The notes beneath the pieces are model-generated. The model saw only the letters and a list, made by a program, of their open reading frames with translations. It had not been told where the DNA came from and did no database searches. From sequence record SRR22947725_501: a stretch of 46,787 nt of DNA, one strand, 5' to 3'. Below are positions 32,875 to 42,056 of this stretch, one piece after another. The first letter of the stretch is position 1; the number at the start of each line of letters is the position of its first letter. Made by a program: the position numbers and the translations under genes.

Positions 32875-34344
32875 ATGAAAAATATTTTTAACCTTTTATG
32901 CTTTGTCCTTTTAGGTATTTCCTGCCAAGCACAGGAATTGCCACAAGAGGATAAGTCTCATAAGGTTTATCAGCCAGTTTATAAGGCGGTGCCTACACAG
33001 TTTAGAGCAGTGTGGGTGGCAACAGTTAAAAACATGGATTGGCCCTCTAAACCTGGGCTACCTATGGCTCAGCAAATGAAAGAAGCCATCGCTTATCTCG
33101 ATCAGGCGGTGGCCCTTAATTTCAATGCTATTATTTTTCAAGTTCGGCCTCATTGCGATGCCTTTTATCGCTCGCCATATGAACCTTGGAGTTACTACCT
33201 CTCAGGACAAGAAGGCAAAGATCCCGGTTACGACCCATTGCAGTTTTGGATAACAGAGGCCCATAAGCGTGGCCTCGAGTTACATGCTTGGTTTAATCCC
33301 TTTAGGTCTCGATATCCAGCTATGAAAGGTCGGCATTCTCCCAAGAGTATTGCCGCTCGTCGGCCTCATTGGAATTATACACTAAAGAATGGTTATGAGT
33401 GGCTTGATCCTGGCCGTCAAGAAGTGCGGGATTTTTCAAAAGATGTAATTATGGATGTGCTTAAGCGTTATGACGTCGATGGTATTCACTTGGATGATTA
33501 TTTCTATCCATATCCCGAATATGCGGCTAATGGCGAATTCCCAGATTGGAAGACGTATCAGGGTTATAAGGGAAGCGGTGGTAATTTATCTCATAAAGAT
33601 TGGCGTCGAAACAATATAAATCTCTTTGTGCATGATCTTCACCAATCTATTAAGGCGACTCGTCGACCGGTGCGCTTTGGGATCAGCCCTTTTGGTATTT
33701 GGCGGCCCAATTATCCAAAGGGAATAAAAGGTTTAGATGTATATGATGTCTTGAGTGCAGATAGTAAAAAATGGCTTAATCAAGGTTGGGTCGATTATCT
33801 TGCTCCTCAATTGTATTGGTCCAATAAAAGTACCGCTCAAAATTTTACCCGCCTGGTTGATTGGTGGAGTCAGCAAAACTATAAAGGGAAGGATATTTTT
33901 CCTGGCCTTGCCTGTTATAAAGTAGAAAAATGGTCAGATGGTCCTCAGCAAATTGTAGATCAATTGAAAATAATAGAATCCAGACCAAGTGTTCGCGGCT
34001 TTATTCATTTTAATATGCGTACAATAAGCAATAGTTTATCTATTCAAAAAGCCCTTAAGAATTACCATAGAACACCGGCCCATATACCCCCATTTAAAGG
34101 TTTTTTATTTGCGGGGAAAGCCGAAAATATTAAAAGGAAAGGTAATTTTTTAACATGGGAAACGAACTCTCGAATGGTGCGTCGTTGGGTTGTTCTCATT
34201 GGTAAAAGTCAGTTGGTACTGCCTTCGGGTAGTCGTCAATTAGACCTTTCTAAGTATAAATATAACGGCAAGGTACACATAGCGGCAATTGGCCCTTCTG
34301 GAGTGGTGGGTTCATATACAAGTATAAGCCAAGCTGCATATTAG
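32875..34344 (+). CDS. GHL10/YddW (DUF187)-like glycoside hydrolase, putative lipoprotein
   Basis: FRAVWVATVKNMDWPS, FQVRPHCDAFY, AHKRGLELHAWFNP, YDVDGIHLDDYFYP, FGISPFGIW, DYLAPQLYW; LLGIS-C lipobox-like. Confidence 0.85.
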   Translation: MKNIFNLLCFVLLGISCQAQELPQEDKSHKVYQPVYKAVPTQFRAVWVATVKNMDWPSKPGLPMAQQMKEAIAYLDQAVALNFNAIIFQVRPHCDAFYRSPYEPWSYYLSGQEGKDPGYDPLQFWITEAHKRGLELHAWFNPFRSRYPAMKGRHSPKSIAARRPHWNYTLKNGYEWLDPGRQEVRDFSKDVIMDVLKRYDVDGIHLDDYFYPYPEYAANGEFPDWKTYQGYKGSGGNLSHKDWRRNNINLFVHDLHQSIKATRRPVRFGISPFGIWRPNYPKGIKGLDVYDVLSADSKKWLNQGWVDYLAPQLYWSNKSTAQNFTRLVDWWSQQNYKGKDIFPGLACYKVEKWSDGPQQIVDQLKIIESRPSVRGFIHFNMRTISNSLSIQKALKNYHRTPAHIPPFKGFLFAGKAENIKRKGNFLTWETNSRMVRRWVVLIGKSQLVLPSGSRQLDLSKYKYNGKVHIAAIGPSGVVGSYTSISQAAY

Positions 34345-34419
34345 TTATTCAATTCAGGATAATGCCGTTGTTATTTTTTGTTTCTCATTTCTCATAATTG
34401 ACAAAATGGAATTGCCCTA

Positions 34420-34448
34420 TTGTTAAGCCTCTTTTTATTTAATATGAT
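34420..34448 (+). promoter_or_regulatory. predicted promoter of an intergenic small RNA
   Basis: TTGTTA-N17-TATGAT; a perfect TTGACA also lies at 34398. Confidence 0.45.
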
Positions 34449-34454
34449 CGGTGC

Positions 34455-34559
34455 AACTGGGTACTTTTTTGTAGGCTTTAGAAAGAGTTAAAGTACTCAG
34501 TTAGTTCCTACAAGAACGAAACTAAGAAAAAGGCGGATCCTGGCGATCCGCCTTTTTTT
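34455..34559 (+). ncRNA. candidate structured small RNA (~105 nt), family unknown
   Basis: 13-bp stem 34455-67/34490-502, hairpin GTTC-CTACAA-GAAC, loop-loop complementarity TTGTAGG/CCTACAA; flanked by a predicted promoter and a terminator. Confidence 0.45.
34527..34559 (+). terminator. intrinsic terminator
   Basis: A5-GGCGGATC-CTGGC-GATCCGCC-T7. Confidence 0.88.
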
Positions 34560-34742
34560 ATGTCAATTTCATCTGCTGGAAATCAAATATTGATTTAATT
34601 CTATCTTCGTAGAGGCCCTAGTTTAGGCTTTACTTTGGCTAGCATATTAAAACCTCAGTTTATTTAATGACTAAATATGTAACACTCACAGAAATTGAGT
34701 GTTTGCTCTCATTAATGTGGTTGATGTTAATTTGGAGATATT

Positions 34743-35573
34743 ATGAAAAGCTCAATTTTTAAGAAGTTTACACTGATTGAATTATTAGTCGTCATTGCCA
34801 TTATTGGCCTTTTACTGACACTGTTATTACCAAGTTTATCAGAAGCAAGAAAGAGAGCCAAAGTGGCTGTTTGTACTTCAAATCTTAGTAATTGGGGGAA
34901 GATATCATTTACCTTTGCTAAAGATCATAATGCTAGAGTCCCTCAGATGTATAAGATGAGCAATGGCATGGGGTATCATATCAGGGTTATTAACTATACA
35001 GATGAATCAATAGAAGAAGATTGGAAGCGTTATGGTACAAATTGGCAGACATGGTCTAAGTATGGCTTAAATGAAGCAGTGAGTACATGTGTTGACTTTA
35101 CGGCAGATGATTATGCTGGTAATAATGTTTCAGGAGCTTCTGATACAGGATTGCATAATTCTTTTCGATTCCAGCCTGGAGGGGGCGGTGTTGGTGATGG
35201 CGTTACGCAAATGTGGGGTGGAATGGTTTGGACTGGTTATATGTATTTTGGCGGAATGAGGCCTACTGAGCTTTATGGATTTGATACTTATAATCACATT
35301 GCCGATCTAGGAGCAGATATAATTGAACCCCCGATAAAAACTTTAGATGATGATATGTCAGAAAGAGTATTAGCCGCCGATAGTTTTTGGGATGGAGGGC
35401 CAACATGGAATTTAAAGAGTATAGGCCATAGATCAGATAAAGGTTCTTTTGCCAAATATCAAAATGTTCTGAAAGGTGATGGCGCCGTTTCTTTAATAAA
35501 GAGAACAAGGGCGCCGGTTCAAAGCGAAAGATCAATATACACTTTTGTCGATAGTTTTTACTTTCATAAGTAA
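34743..35573 (+). CDS. prepilin-type N-terminal cleavage/methylation domain protein (PVC-type)
   Basis: [33 protein letters not shown]...CTSNL; C-terminal H...NVLKGDGAV resembling the H-X9-DG motif (16 residues between H and D here). Confidence 0.88.
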   Translation: MKSSIFKKFTLIELLVVIAIIGLLLTLLLPSLSEARKRAKVAVCTSNLSNWGKISFTFAKDHNARVPQMYKMSNGMGYHIRVINYTDESIEEDWKRYGTNWQTWSKYGLNEAVSTCVDFTADDYAGNNVSGASDTGLHNSFRFQPGGGGVGDGVTQMWGGMVWTGYMYFGGMRPTELYGFDTYNHIADLGADIIEPPIKTLDDDMSERVLAADSFWDGGPTWNLKSIGHRSDKGSFAKYQNVLKGDGAVSLIKRTRAPVQSERSIYTFVDSFYFHK

Positions 35574-35623
35574 AGGGTAATCACCGACGTGAGATAGGAA
35601 TGGGGGCCGTATCTCAACCAAGA

Positions 35624-35932
35624 CTAAAGTTTAGCTTTCTTGGCTTTTTCCATTTTGTGAAGTTCGATTTTAGTTTTAGCAGAAGAATCAGTGCCGACTT
35701 TATGGAAGAGTTGATTTTTAACTTTTTGATAAAGTGAAATTTCAAAATCGGGGTTTACGCCTTCTTTATCAAAGATAAAACGAATGAGCTGGTCGTCAGT
35801 AAAGTCATTATCTAAGAGGCTTTGGTAAATATCATCTTTATCGAGTGAAAACCCGAACTGTAGGTTGACGCGATCGACAAATTGTTCAAGTTTCACTTTT
35901 ATCCCTTTATGAATTGTCTTCGATAGATTCAC
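35624..35932 (-). CDS. hypothetical protein
   Basis: 102-aa ORF with GTG start preceded by GAAGG; fills the gap between neighbours; no recognised motif. Confidence 0.55.
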   Translation of the reverse strand: MNLSKTIHKGIKVKLEQFVDRVNLQFGFSLDKDDIYQSLLDNDFTDDQLIRFIFDKEGVNPDFEISLYQKVKNQLFHKVGTDSSAKTKIELHKMEKAKKAKL

Positions 35933-35991
35933 CTTAGCCTTCCAAATTTAGATTCTCTACCTATTGCCTACAGCATTATAATGTTATGACT

Positions 35992-38900
35992 CTATTTAAG
36001 TGTTTTAAGATAGAGGATAATCGATTCGAGTTCCGTGGCATTGATAATACCTTCATAAGAAGGCATTCCTGGTACAAAGCCTTCGACGACTTTTGCTCCT
36101 GGCTTCAAAATGGCTTCTTTGAGGTAAGTCACATCTGCACTGACCTGAGCTTTATTCGTCAATGTTCGGGTGCTGCCAAAGAGACCTTTCCAGGCCGGGC
36201 CTAGTTTCCCCGCTTGGTCTTCAGTGACGGAGTGGCAACTGATACAGCCAAGTTTTTCAATGGTGGCTTTCCCGAGTTGCACAGAGGCTTCTTGAGTTTG
36301 AGCTGAACTGCTCTGAAGAGCTTTAGCATTGAAATCTATTTTAGGGAAAGCCACTTGCTTTTGACTTGTGAACTCGGGCAGCTCATTAACGCTAAAGTAG
36401 CAGTCATTATCCAGCGCTTGATTATACTTGTCGATAAGTTTCCATGAGAGACTCATTTGCTCTATTTTCTTCATGTCAGGAATCGCAATGAAGACGGCTT
36501 TTTTATCTTTTGATAAAGTGACACTGCTTAAAGAGACCTTTTCCTGACCAGGCTTGCCATCCCCTAGGTAATGGCCTGAACCATATTTTTTTGAACGGAG
36601 ATAGTTCCAACGTGCCAATTTAAATAAGTGAGGGTTAAGTGAACTTTCCAGAATTTCATTTTGAAATTTAAGTAAAATACCTTGTCGAAAAATTTCTATA
36701 TCTTGTGGGAGGGTATTTTTTTTCAAGGCTGGGCGTAGACGGGCAAAACCACTTAGTTGAACGGCTTTGGAGCCCCAAATGGTGAAGCCGACTAAATAAG
36801 GGTATTCGTCTTTAGGGTTGATGGCGGCTTTGAGAAGGGGGAAATTAAAGTTGTCTCGGAGCCTTATGTAAGGTGCATTTTGTGATTTTTGGCGGTTATA
36901 GTAGAGGACGCCTAAGCTTGGGCCATTAAAATCGAGATAGAGGAATTTATTTTTAAGAAAGTCAATTTTTGATGACTTAATTTTGAGGATGCCAGCCCCA
37001 CTTTGATTGATGCGGTGCGGGATCCAAGAAAGAGGCCGACTGAGTTGCTTTTTACTATCTTTGCTAAAGGTCGGAGTAAAACCATAGTAGTCGCCTTCTT
37101 TGATCGAATAAAAAGGTGTTGTCGGCGTCCAATGTCCTTGTTGGTCAGAGGCAAAAATTTCGCCGTTATCAGGATCTAGGCCGAGGTAAGGTTCACGTAG
37201 GTTTGTTGCAAGAACTTTAATTTGACGTCCATTGGCAGAGACCTTGATGACACTGCCAGCATGTGGATTAAGGGTATGTCCTCTTTGGCCACCTTTAGCA
37301 AGGATAAAGCTTCCATCTGGATGAAGTTTCATATCCATAGGGAATTCTCTTGTTTCAGCTGTTTGAATGGGAAGACTGCAGAAGTTTTCATAAAAATCGG
37401 CTTCGCCATTGTTATCGCGATCGTGAAGTCGGCTGATGCCGCTGCGACCAAACACATAAATTTTCTTGTCTTTGATAACAATACTTTGTAATTCACTAAG
37501 ACCAGAAGAATAACGTTTCCACTGCGAAAAGCTTTCATTTAAGTCAGAGACGATCCAGACATCGCCATCAAAAGTACAGACAGCTGCTCGGCCATCAGCG
37601 AAAAAGTCAATTCCTGAGATGCGAATGTTGCGTTTCATGGTGTTGGACAGAGGGAGGGTGATTTCGTCAATGAAGAAATTCTGCCCTGGCTTCTTCTTAC
37701 CTCTTAAAATACGACTACTCTCAACTTCGGGCCAGTATGGCGGTGGTGTGCGGTTGACGTCTGGAAAGCGGAAAACATTATTCTGATAATTTTTAAAAAC
37801 CTCCATGTGGTTTCTATCGCCTTCCCAATAATGAAGGTTGATATTTATGAGCTTTGTAGCAGAGATTTCTAGGTCTATTTTTTCGCCACGGTTAACAAAG
37901 CGGCAGTCTTGGTCTGAAAAAAGCTTGAGTGCGACCCATTTGTTGGGCCCCTTTTTTATGAAGACAAAATCATTAGTGGTAGCGATGGAACCGGCATCAA
38001 ATTCTCCAATGTGGATAAAGCAGGTTTTATCAACGTTAATCGCTTGAATTCTTCTCTGCATGAAATGGGTACTTTTGTGGTTTTGGCTACGGAGATTTTC
38101 GAAGAATTCAGTCTTGCCGAGAGAGTACGATATGACGGGTCCCTCTTCAGTTAAGAAAGTGCCATTCCATTTTCCCTTTTCTTTTGGTAGGGGGCCGTTA
38201 TTAACTTGCTTGGAGTCGATTGGTTTTGGTCGTGGATCAAGCCAGAGAGATTCGCCTTTTTCAATGCCTGCGATAGGGCGTAGAGAAGCAATTTCAGCCC
38301 CTTTATGTACAGGTAAGTTAAGCTCACCTTGTGAAGATTTTTTACTAGATGTAGCAAGGTTATATGAACCAGGGGCCATGGAAGATCCTTGGACTGGCGA
38401 GCCTTTCCAAATAGATGAGTAGCGCAATAGATCTGTGTCGAAGCAGGCATAGTGGTCTTGCCCTGGCTTTAAAATGAGTCCTCGCGCGGTCACATCTTTT
38501 GCTAACTTTTTCTTATCATTTGAAGTGCTTAGGGTCGCCGTTGAAAAGGGAAAGTGTTCTTCTGTGTAGGATCCAAAGAATTGGTAGGGGAGTGTTTGGG
38601 GAGTCCCTTTGTTGACAGCCCAGTAGCAGGCATTTCGCAGTAAGCGGACAAAATCCATTTTCATAAAGTCTTCGGGGTGCCCTAAAGTCGTGGTGAAGAT
38701 TCTGCCCTTTGCCGGGGAAGGAATCGTCCAGGCAACAGGTTCTAGGTCAGAAGTCTCTGTTTGCCCCCACATTAGAATACTGGCCTTAGGACTCATAGGT
38801 TTGACATTGTAGAGCCAGGAACGGCATTTAAAATTCTTAATGCCCTTTAAAATAGGGTGCTTCTCTTGCTTCTTTTCTTTAGTGACGCTGGTGTAGTCAC

Positions 38901-39342
38901 TGTTGGCCTCGTGACCGTTATACTTACAACCAAGGATTTCTTTGTCGAAGTCTGGCCATTGTATTGAGCCTTTGGGGCCAGGAGCGTGTTTGCGAAGCCA
39001 AAAGGCATGAGTACTCGTGCGCATGGCTATAAGGGGTTTTCCTGCATCAAGATAAGCTTTTATAGTTCGCATTTGGCTTTTTTGGAGTGCCAGTCGCCAC
39101 GCACTGATGATAACGAGATCAGCATTGCGAATCCTTTGGAGGTCATTGAGATAGTTTCGGTCATCAGTTTGAGCTTGAATGACATGAACATTAAAATCAT
39201 CCTTGAGCACTTGTTGAGCAAAATCGGGGAGAGTTTTTTCACTCAGGTATTCATTTTCTGCACAGATTATATAAAGCTGTTTCTTTTGGGCTTGAAGGCT
39301 AAAAGAGACAATAAATAGAAGGCTGAGAATTAAAGACTTCAT
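35992..39342 (-). CDS. secreted multidomain protein: ThuA-like domain, DUF6797-like/beta-propeller region, C-terminal cytochrome c
   Basis: Signal peptide; ThuA-like RTSTHAF, PVAWT, GRIFTTTLGHPEDF; propeller-like IDFFADGRAAVCTFDGDVW, SDQQGHW; heme motif CISCH with GPAWKGLFG and distal PGM. Confidence 0.75.
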   Translation of the reverse strand: MKSLILSLLFIVSFSLQAQKKQLYIICAENEYLSEKTLPDFAQQVLKDDFNVHVIQAQTDDRNYLNDLQRIRNADLVIISAWRLALQKSQMRTIKAYLDAGKPLIAMRTSTHAFWLRKHAPGPKGSIQWPDFDKEILGCKYNGHEANSDYTSVTKEKKQEKHPILKGIKNFKCRSWLYNVKPMSPKASILMWGQTETSDLEPVAWTIPSPAKGRIFTTTLGHPEDFMKMDFVRLLRNACYWAVNKGTPQTLPYQFFGSYTEEHFPFSTATLSTSNDKKKLAKDVTARGLILKPGQDHYACFDTDLLRYSSIWKGSPVQGSSMAPGSYNLATSSKKSSQGELNLPVHKGAEIASLRPIAGIEKGESLWLDPRPKPIDSKQVNNGPLPKEKGKWNGTFLTEEGPVISYSLGKTEFFENLRSQNHKSTHFMQRRIQAINVDKTCFIHIGEFDAGSIATTNDFVFIKKGPNKWVALKLFSDQDCRFVNRGEKIDLEISATKLININLHYWEGDRNHMEVFKNYQNNVFRFPDVNRTPPPYWPEVESSRILRGKKKPGQNFFIDEITLPLSNTMKRNIRISGIDFFADGRAAVCTFDGDVWIVSDLNESFSQWKRYSSGLSELQSIVIKDKKIYVFGRSGISRLHDRDNNGEADFYENFCSLPIQTAETREFPMDMKLHPDGSFILAKGGQRGHTLNPHAGSVIKVSANGRQIKVLATNLREPYLGLDPDNGEIFASDQQGHWTPTTPFYSIKEGDYYGFTPTFSKDSKKQLSRPLSWIPHRINQSGAGILKIKSSKIDFLKNKFLYLDFNGPSLGVLYYNRQKSQNAPYIRLRDNFNFPLLKAAINPKDEYPYLVGFTIWGSKAVQLSGFARLRPALKKNTLPQDIEIFRQGILLKFQNEILESSLNPHLFKLARWNYLRSKKYGSGHYLGDGKPGQEKVSLSSVTLSKDKKAVFIAIPDMKKIEQMSLSWKLIDKYNQALDNDCYFSVNELPEFTSQKQVAFPKIDFNAKALQSSSAQTQEASVQLGKATIEKLGCISCHSVTEDQAGKLGPAWKGLFGSTRTLTNKAQVSADVTYLKEAILKPGAKVVEGFVPGMPSYEGIINATELESIILYLKTLK

Positions 39343-40751
39343 TGAGCTATTTCCTGAAGATTAAAGCTAATTGCAGCAGCTGGCAGCTGGCGCTTAATAT
39401 CGCCAATTTTATAACCGAAACCAGGTCCTGCTAAAGTTGATAGGTCGAGAATACCCTGACGTCTTTGGTAAAGGCCTGGGTGAACTTCTTGTTCTGCTAA
39501 AGACACGGCGGGGTAAAATTGCATGCCGTTACTTTCGACACCTTGGATGGTCCCTGCATGTGCCGCCAGTAAGACATGAGGGATTTGCGCTAACATGGGG
39601 TTGGTTAAATCTTGCACCATGAGAGTCATTCCATGGGCTTTAGCCCAGCAGAGGCTGAGTAAAGCGCCAGTTAGTGTTTTGCAAGTTTTAAGAGCTACAC
39701 CAGTCCAACCAAGCGAGTAGCCGAGCTTTACATAGGTCCAGTCATGAGCTGACTCATCCATAAATAAGGGCTTACGTGCACTGCATGAGTGAACATCTAT
39801 ACGGTTATTTTTGAGATCATATGGGAAAGGCTGTTCGACGTAAAGAAGCATGCCGTAAATACGGGGTTCAAGGTCTCTGAGCTTATCGAGAATTGTATTG
39901 ACATATTCTGGATTAGTCACCGTACAATTAAAGTCTGTCGTTAGCCATTCCACATCTTGAGATATCGCAATTTTGCCAATTTTAACGATGCGGTCATAAT
40001 CCCAGCTTTCACTATTGCCTTTCAGTTTAATTTTGAGGCATTTGAGTCCATCTCGCTTGATCCATTCTTCTAAAGTTACCGGGTATCCATCTTGGGGCTC
40101 ATTGCCAGTTAATTCTTCTTTTGCCAATAAATCAAGACCACCGACAAGGTGCCAGACGGCTTGTTTTTGTTCGGGATTCACTAAGAAGTCTTCGGGGTAT
40201 TGCCCTTCAAAGGAATGGCTGTTTGATGCTTCAAGATAGTGGCTTAAGTCGCGGTTGAGGTAGTCTTTATTATATGTCTTAAAAACTTCTATATTATTAG
40301 CGTGGCCATAAGCATCGTGTAAAGCGATATCAAAAGCAGAAAAGCAAACTAACGCAGCCAAGTGCGGGAGTTCTTCTGGCAGTGCTTCATTGGCTTGTTG
40401 ATTAAGCTTAATAAGTTCATTTTGGATGTAGTCATGAGAAATCTCAAAAGCATGCCCATTGGCTTGGTATACTTTCAGGTCTAAAGCGATGTCACGGCAA
40501 AATTGCTGCAACGCCTTTTCGCGTTTTTTATAGTCTAGTTCAGAAGGCCAAACCCAAGGAACACTGAGAGGTGTTTCTCCCCAACCAAAAAAGGTGTTAC
40601 CCGCATTGTCACTAACTTTAACTTGGACTCGAGCACAATAAACTTCATTGAGAGTTTGAGCACCAAAGCGCAAAGGCACGCGTAGAGTTGCCGGTAAAAA
40701 GTAAAGTTCGACATCTTCAATTTTAATATTACTTCCCATCATATACACCAT
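39339..40751 (-). CDS. enolase-superfamily (mandelate racemase/muconate lactonizing-like) enzyme
   Basis: LKIKLKG (KxK), candidate metal ligands TTDFN, YVEQP, MDES, and GVALKT; C-terminal GPGFG. The true start may be ATG 40742 or 40739; 4-nt overlap with the next gene. Confidence 0.8.
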   Translation of the reverse strand: MVYMMGSNIKIEDVELYFLPATLRVPLRFGAQTLNEVYCARVQVKVSDNAGNTFFGWGETPLSVPWVWPSELDYKKREKALQQFCRDIALDLKVYQANGHAFEISHDYIQNELIKLNQQANEALPEELPHLAALVCFSAFDIALHDAYGHANNIEVFKTYNKDYLNRDLSHYLEASNSHSFEGQYPEDFLVNPEQKQAVWHLVGGLDLLAKEELTGNEPQDGYPVTLEEWIKRDGLKCLKIKLKGNSESWDYDRIVKIGKIAISQDVEWLTTDFNCTVTNPEYVNTILDKLRDLEPRIYGMLLYVEQPFPYDLKNNRIDVHSCSARKPLFMDESAHDWTYVKLGYSLGWTGVALKTCKTLTGALLSLCWAKAHGMTLMVQDLTNPMLAQIPHVLLAAHAGTIQGVESNGMQFYPAVSLAEQEVHPGLYQRRQGILDLSTLAGPGFGYKIGDIKRQLPAAAISFNLQEIAQ

Positions 40752-40816
40752 ATACTTATTTTGTTACTACAAGCCATTGCTTCTCATGTTTATGGAATAG
40801 GATGAGAGCAATTGTC

Positions 40817-41797
40817 TTAAATTGTTTCGCCTTTAACACGTTTGCCGTTGATGCGAATTTGGAACTTTTGGTCGTCGCGACTAATGACTCGACGGTGAAT
40901 CCATTCGCCACTTTTTTTGCCAAGATCGTGGACCTCTAGACTGATAGTCGCCAATTTTCGGGGCAACATATTATTAATAGTTGAGCCGTCGAAGCCAGTT
41001 AAAGAAAAGTCTTCAGGAATGTGGAAGCCAGTATCTAGGGCGTGAATCATGAATTTTGAGGCGATTATATCATTCATAGAAATGATGCTATTTATGGCTC
41101 TCTTTTTAAGGCCTTTTACGAAGTCATTATCAATATCTGCAATGTCTGAAATAGTAATAACTTCCGGGTCTTCAATGTTAAATTCGTCACATGCTTTTAG
41201 AAATCCACTGCGGCGCTCGATACTAACTTCATGCTTGGCGTTCATTTGAATGAAACAAGGTTTGCATTCCTGGCGCTGTGAGAAAACAGACTTAGAAACA
41301 TCAAACATGCCTTTTTCATTATTGAAGGCTATAAAGTCATAGCCAGCGGGGGCTCTATTGAGGTTTAAAAAGGGGATGTTATTTTCTTCGAGATGCTTGA
41401 GCGTTTTCTTGGGGACATTCGTAAAGGCAAAAATAACGGCATCTGTATGGCCAGCTTTTTTATTCGTGAAAAGTTGCTCTATGTCTGTGACCGTTTCACA
41501 AATAATGTTCAGTTGATTTTCAGGGGTCCCATCTTTAATGCCTTGAATGAGGTTCGGCACAGAATAGAAAAGCGGCAGCTTTTTGTCCTTAAGCTGACCG
41601 AGAACTAACTTTATGCTGAGGACCGCTCGTCCACGCTGCTTGCGAATAGTTCTTTTCTCATAGCCTAGCTTTTTGGCTGCTTTAAGGATTTTTTCGCTTT
41701 TTTCACCGCTGATAAGAGAGGAACTATTGAGAACACGAGAGACCGTACTGGGGGAGGTGCCGGCTTCTTTGGCAATGTCGTAAATCGTAACTTTCAT
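40817..41797 (-). CDS. LacI-family transcriptional regulator
   Basis: MKVTIYDIAKEAGTSPSTVSRVLN HTH; IPEDFSLTGFD. ATG 41797 has an AGGA SD (ORF-track start 41845). Confidence 0.92.
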   Translation of the reverse strand: MKVTIYDIAKEAGTSPSTVSRVLNSSSLISGEKSEKILKAAKKLGYEKRTIRKQRGRAVLSIKLVLGQLKDKKLPLFYSVPNLIQGIKDGTPENQLNIICETVTDIEQLFTNKKAGHTDAVIFAFTNVPKKTLKHLEENNIPFLNLNRAPAGYDFIAFNNEKGMFDVSKSVFSQRQECKPCFIQMNAKHEVSIERRSGFLKACDEFNIEDPEVITISDIADIDNDFVKGLKKRAINSIISMNDIIASKFMIHALDTGFHIPEDFSLTGFDGSTINNMLPRKLATISLEVHDLGKKSGEWIHRRVISRDDQKFQIRINGKRVKGETI

Positions 41798-42056
41798 TTG
41801 AAGTCCTATTCGTTGATTTTCCTTATCGACATTAGTAGTGTTCATTTATTTCTCAAGTTATTGTTGCATAAAAGTTGCATTGCCGCCTCTCATAAAGATG
41901 CATGCAATAAAATAAAAAAACAAGTCTTTTTTGATAAAAAAAATGGACATTAGAATGATTTACTATAAAGTTTTGTTTTTTGGTGATGACCTGTCACATT
42001 GTTAAACTCTCAGGAGTTGTGCAGGGGTATATTCTTTATAACAAAAAGGGTTTTAT

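Noticed and set aside
34444-34491. Aromatic-rich leader peptide MIGATGYFFVGFRKS as a Phe/Tyr attenuator
   Set aside because: No SD, its ATG overlaps the predicted -10 box, and no amino-acid biosynthesis gene lies downstream; kept only as a weak alternative
34497-34523. Hammerhead ribozyme (stem GTTC/GAAC followed by GAAAC fits the 3' core)
   Set aside because: The required CUGANGA core is absent; the positions read TCAGTTA
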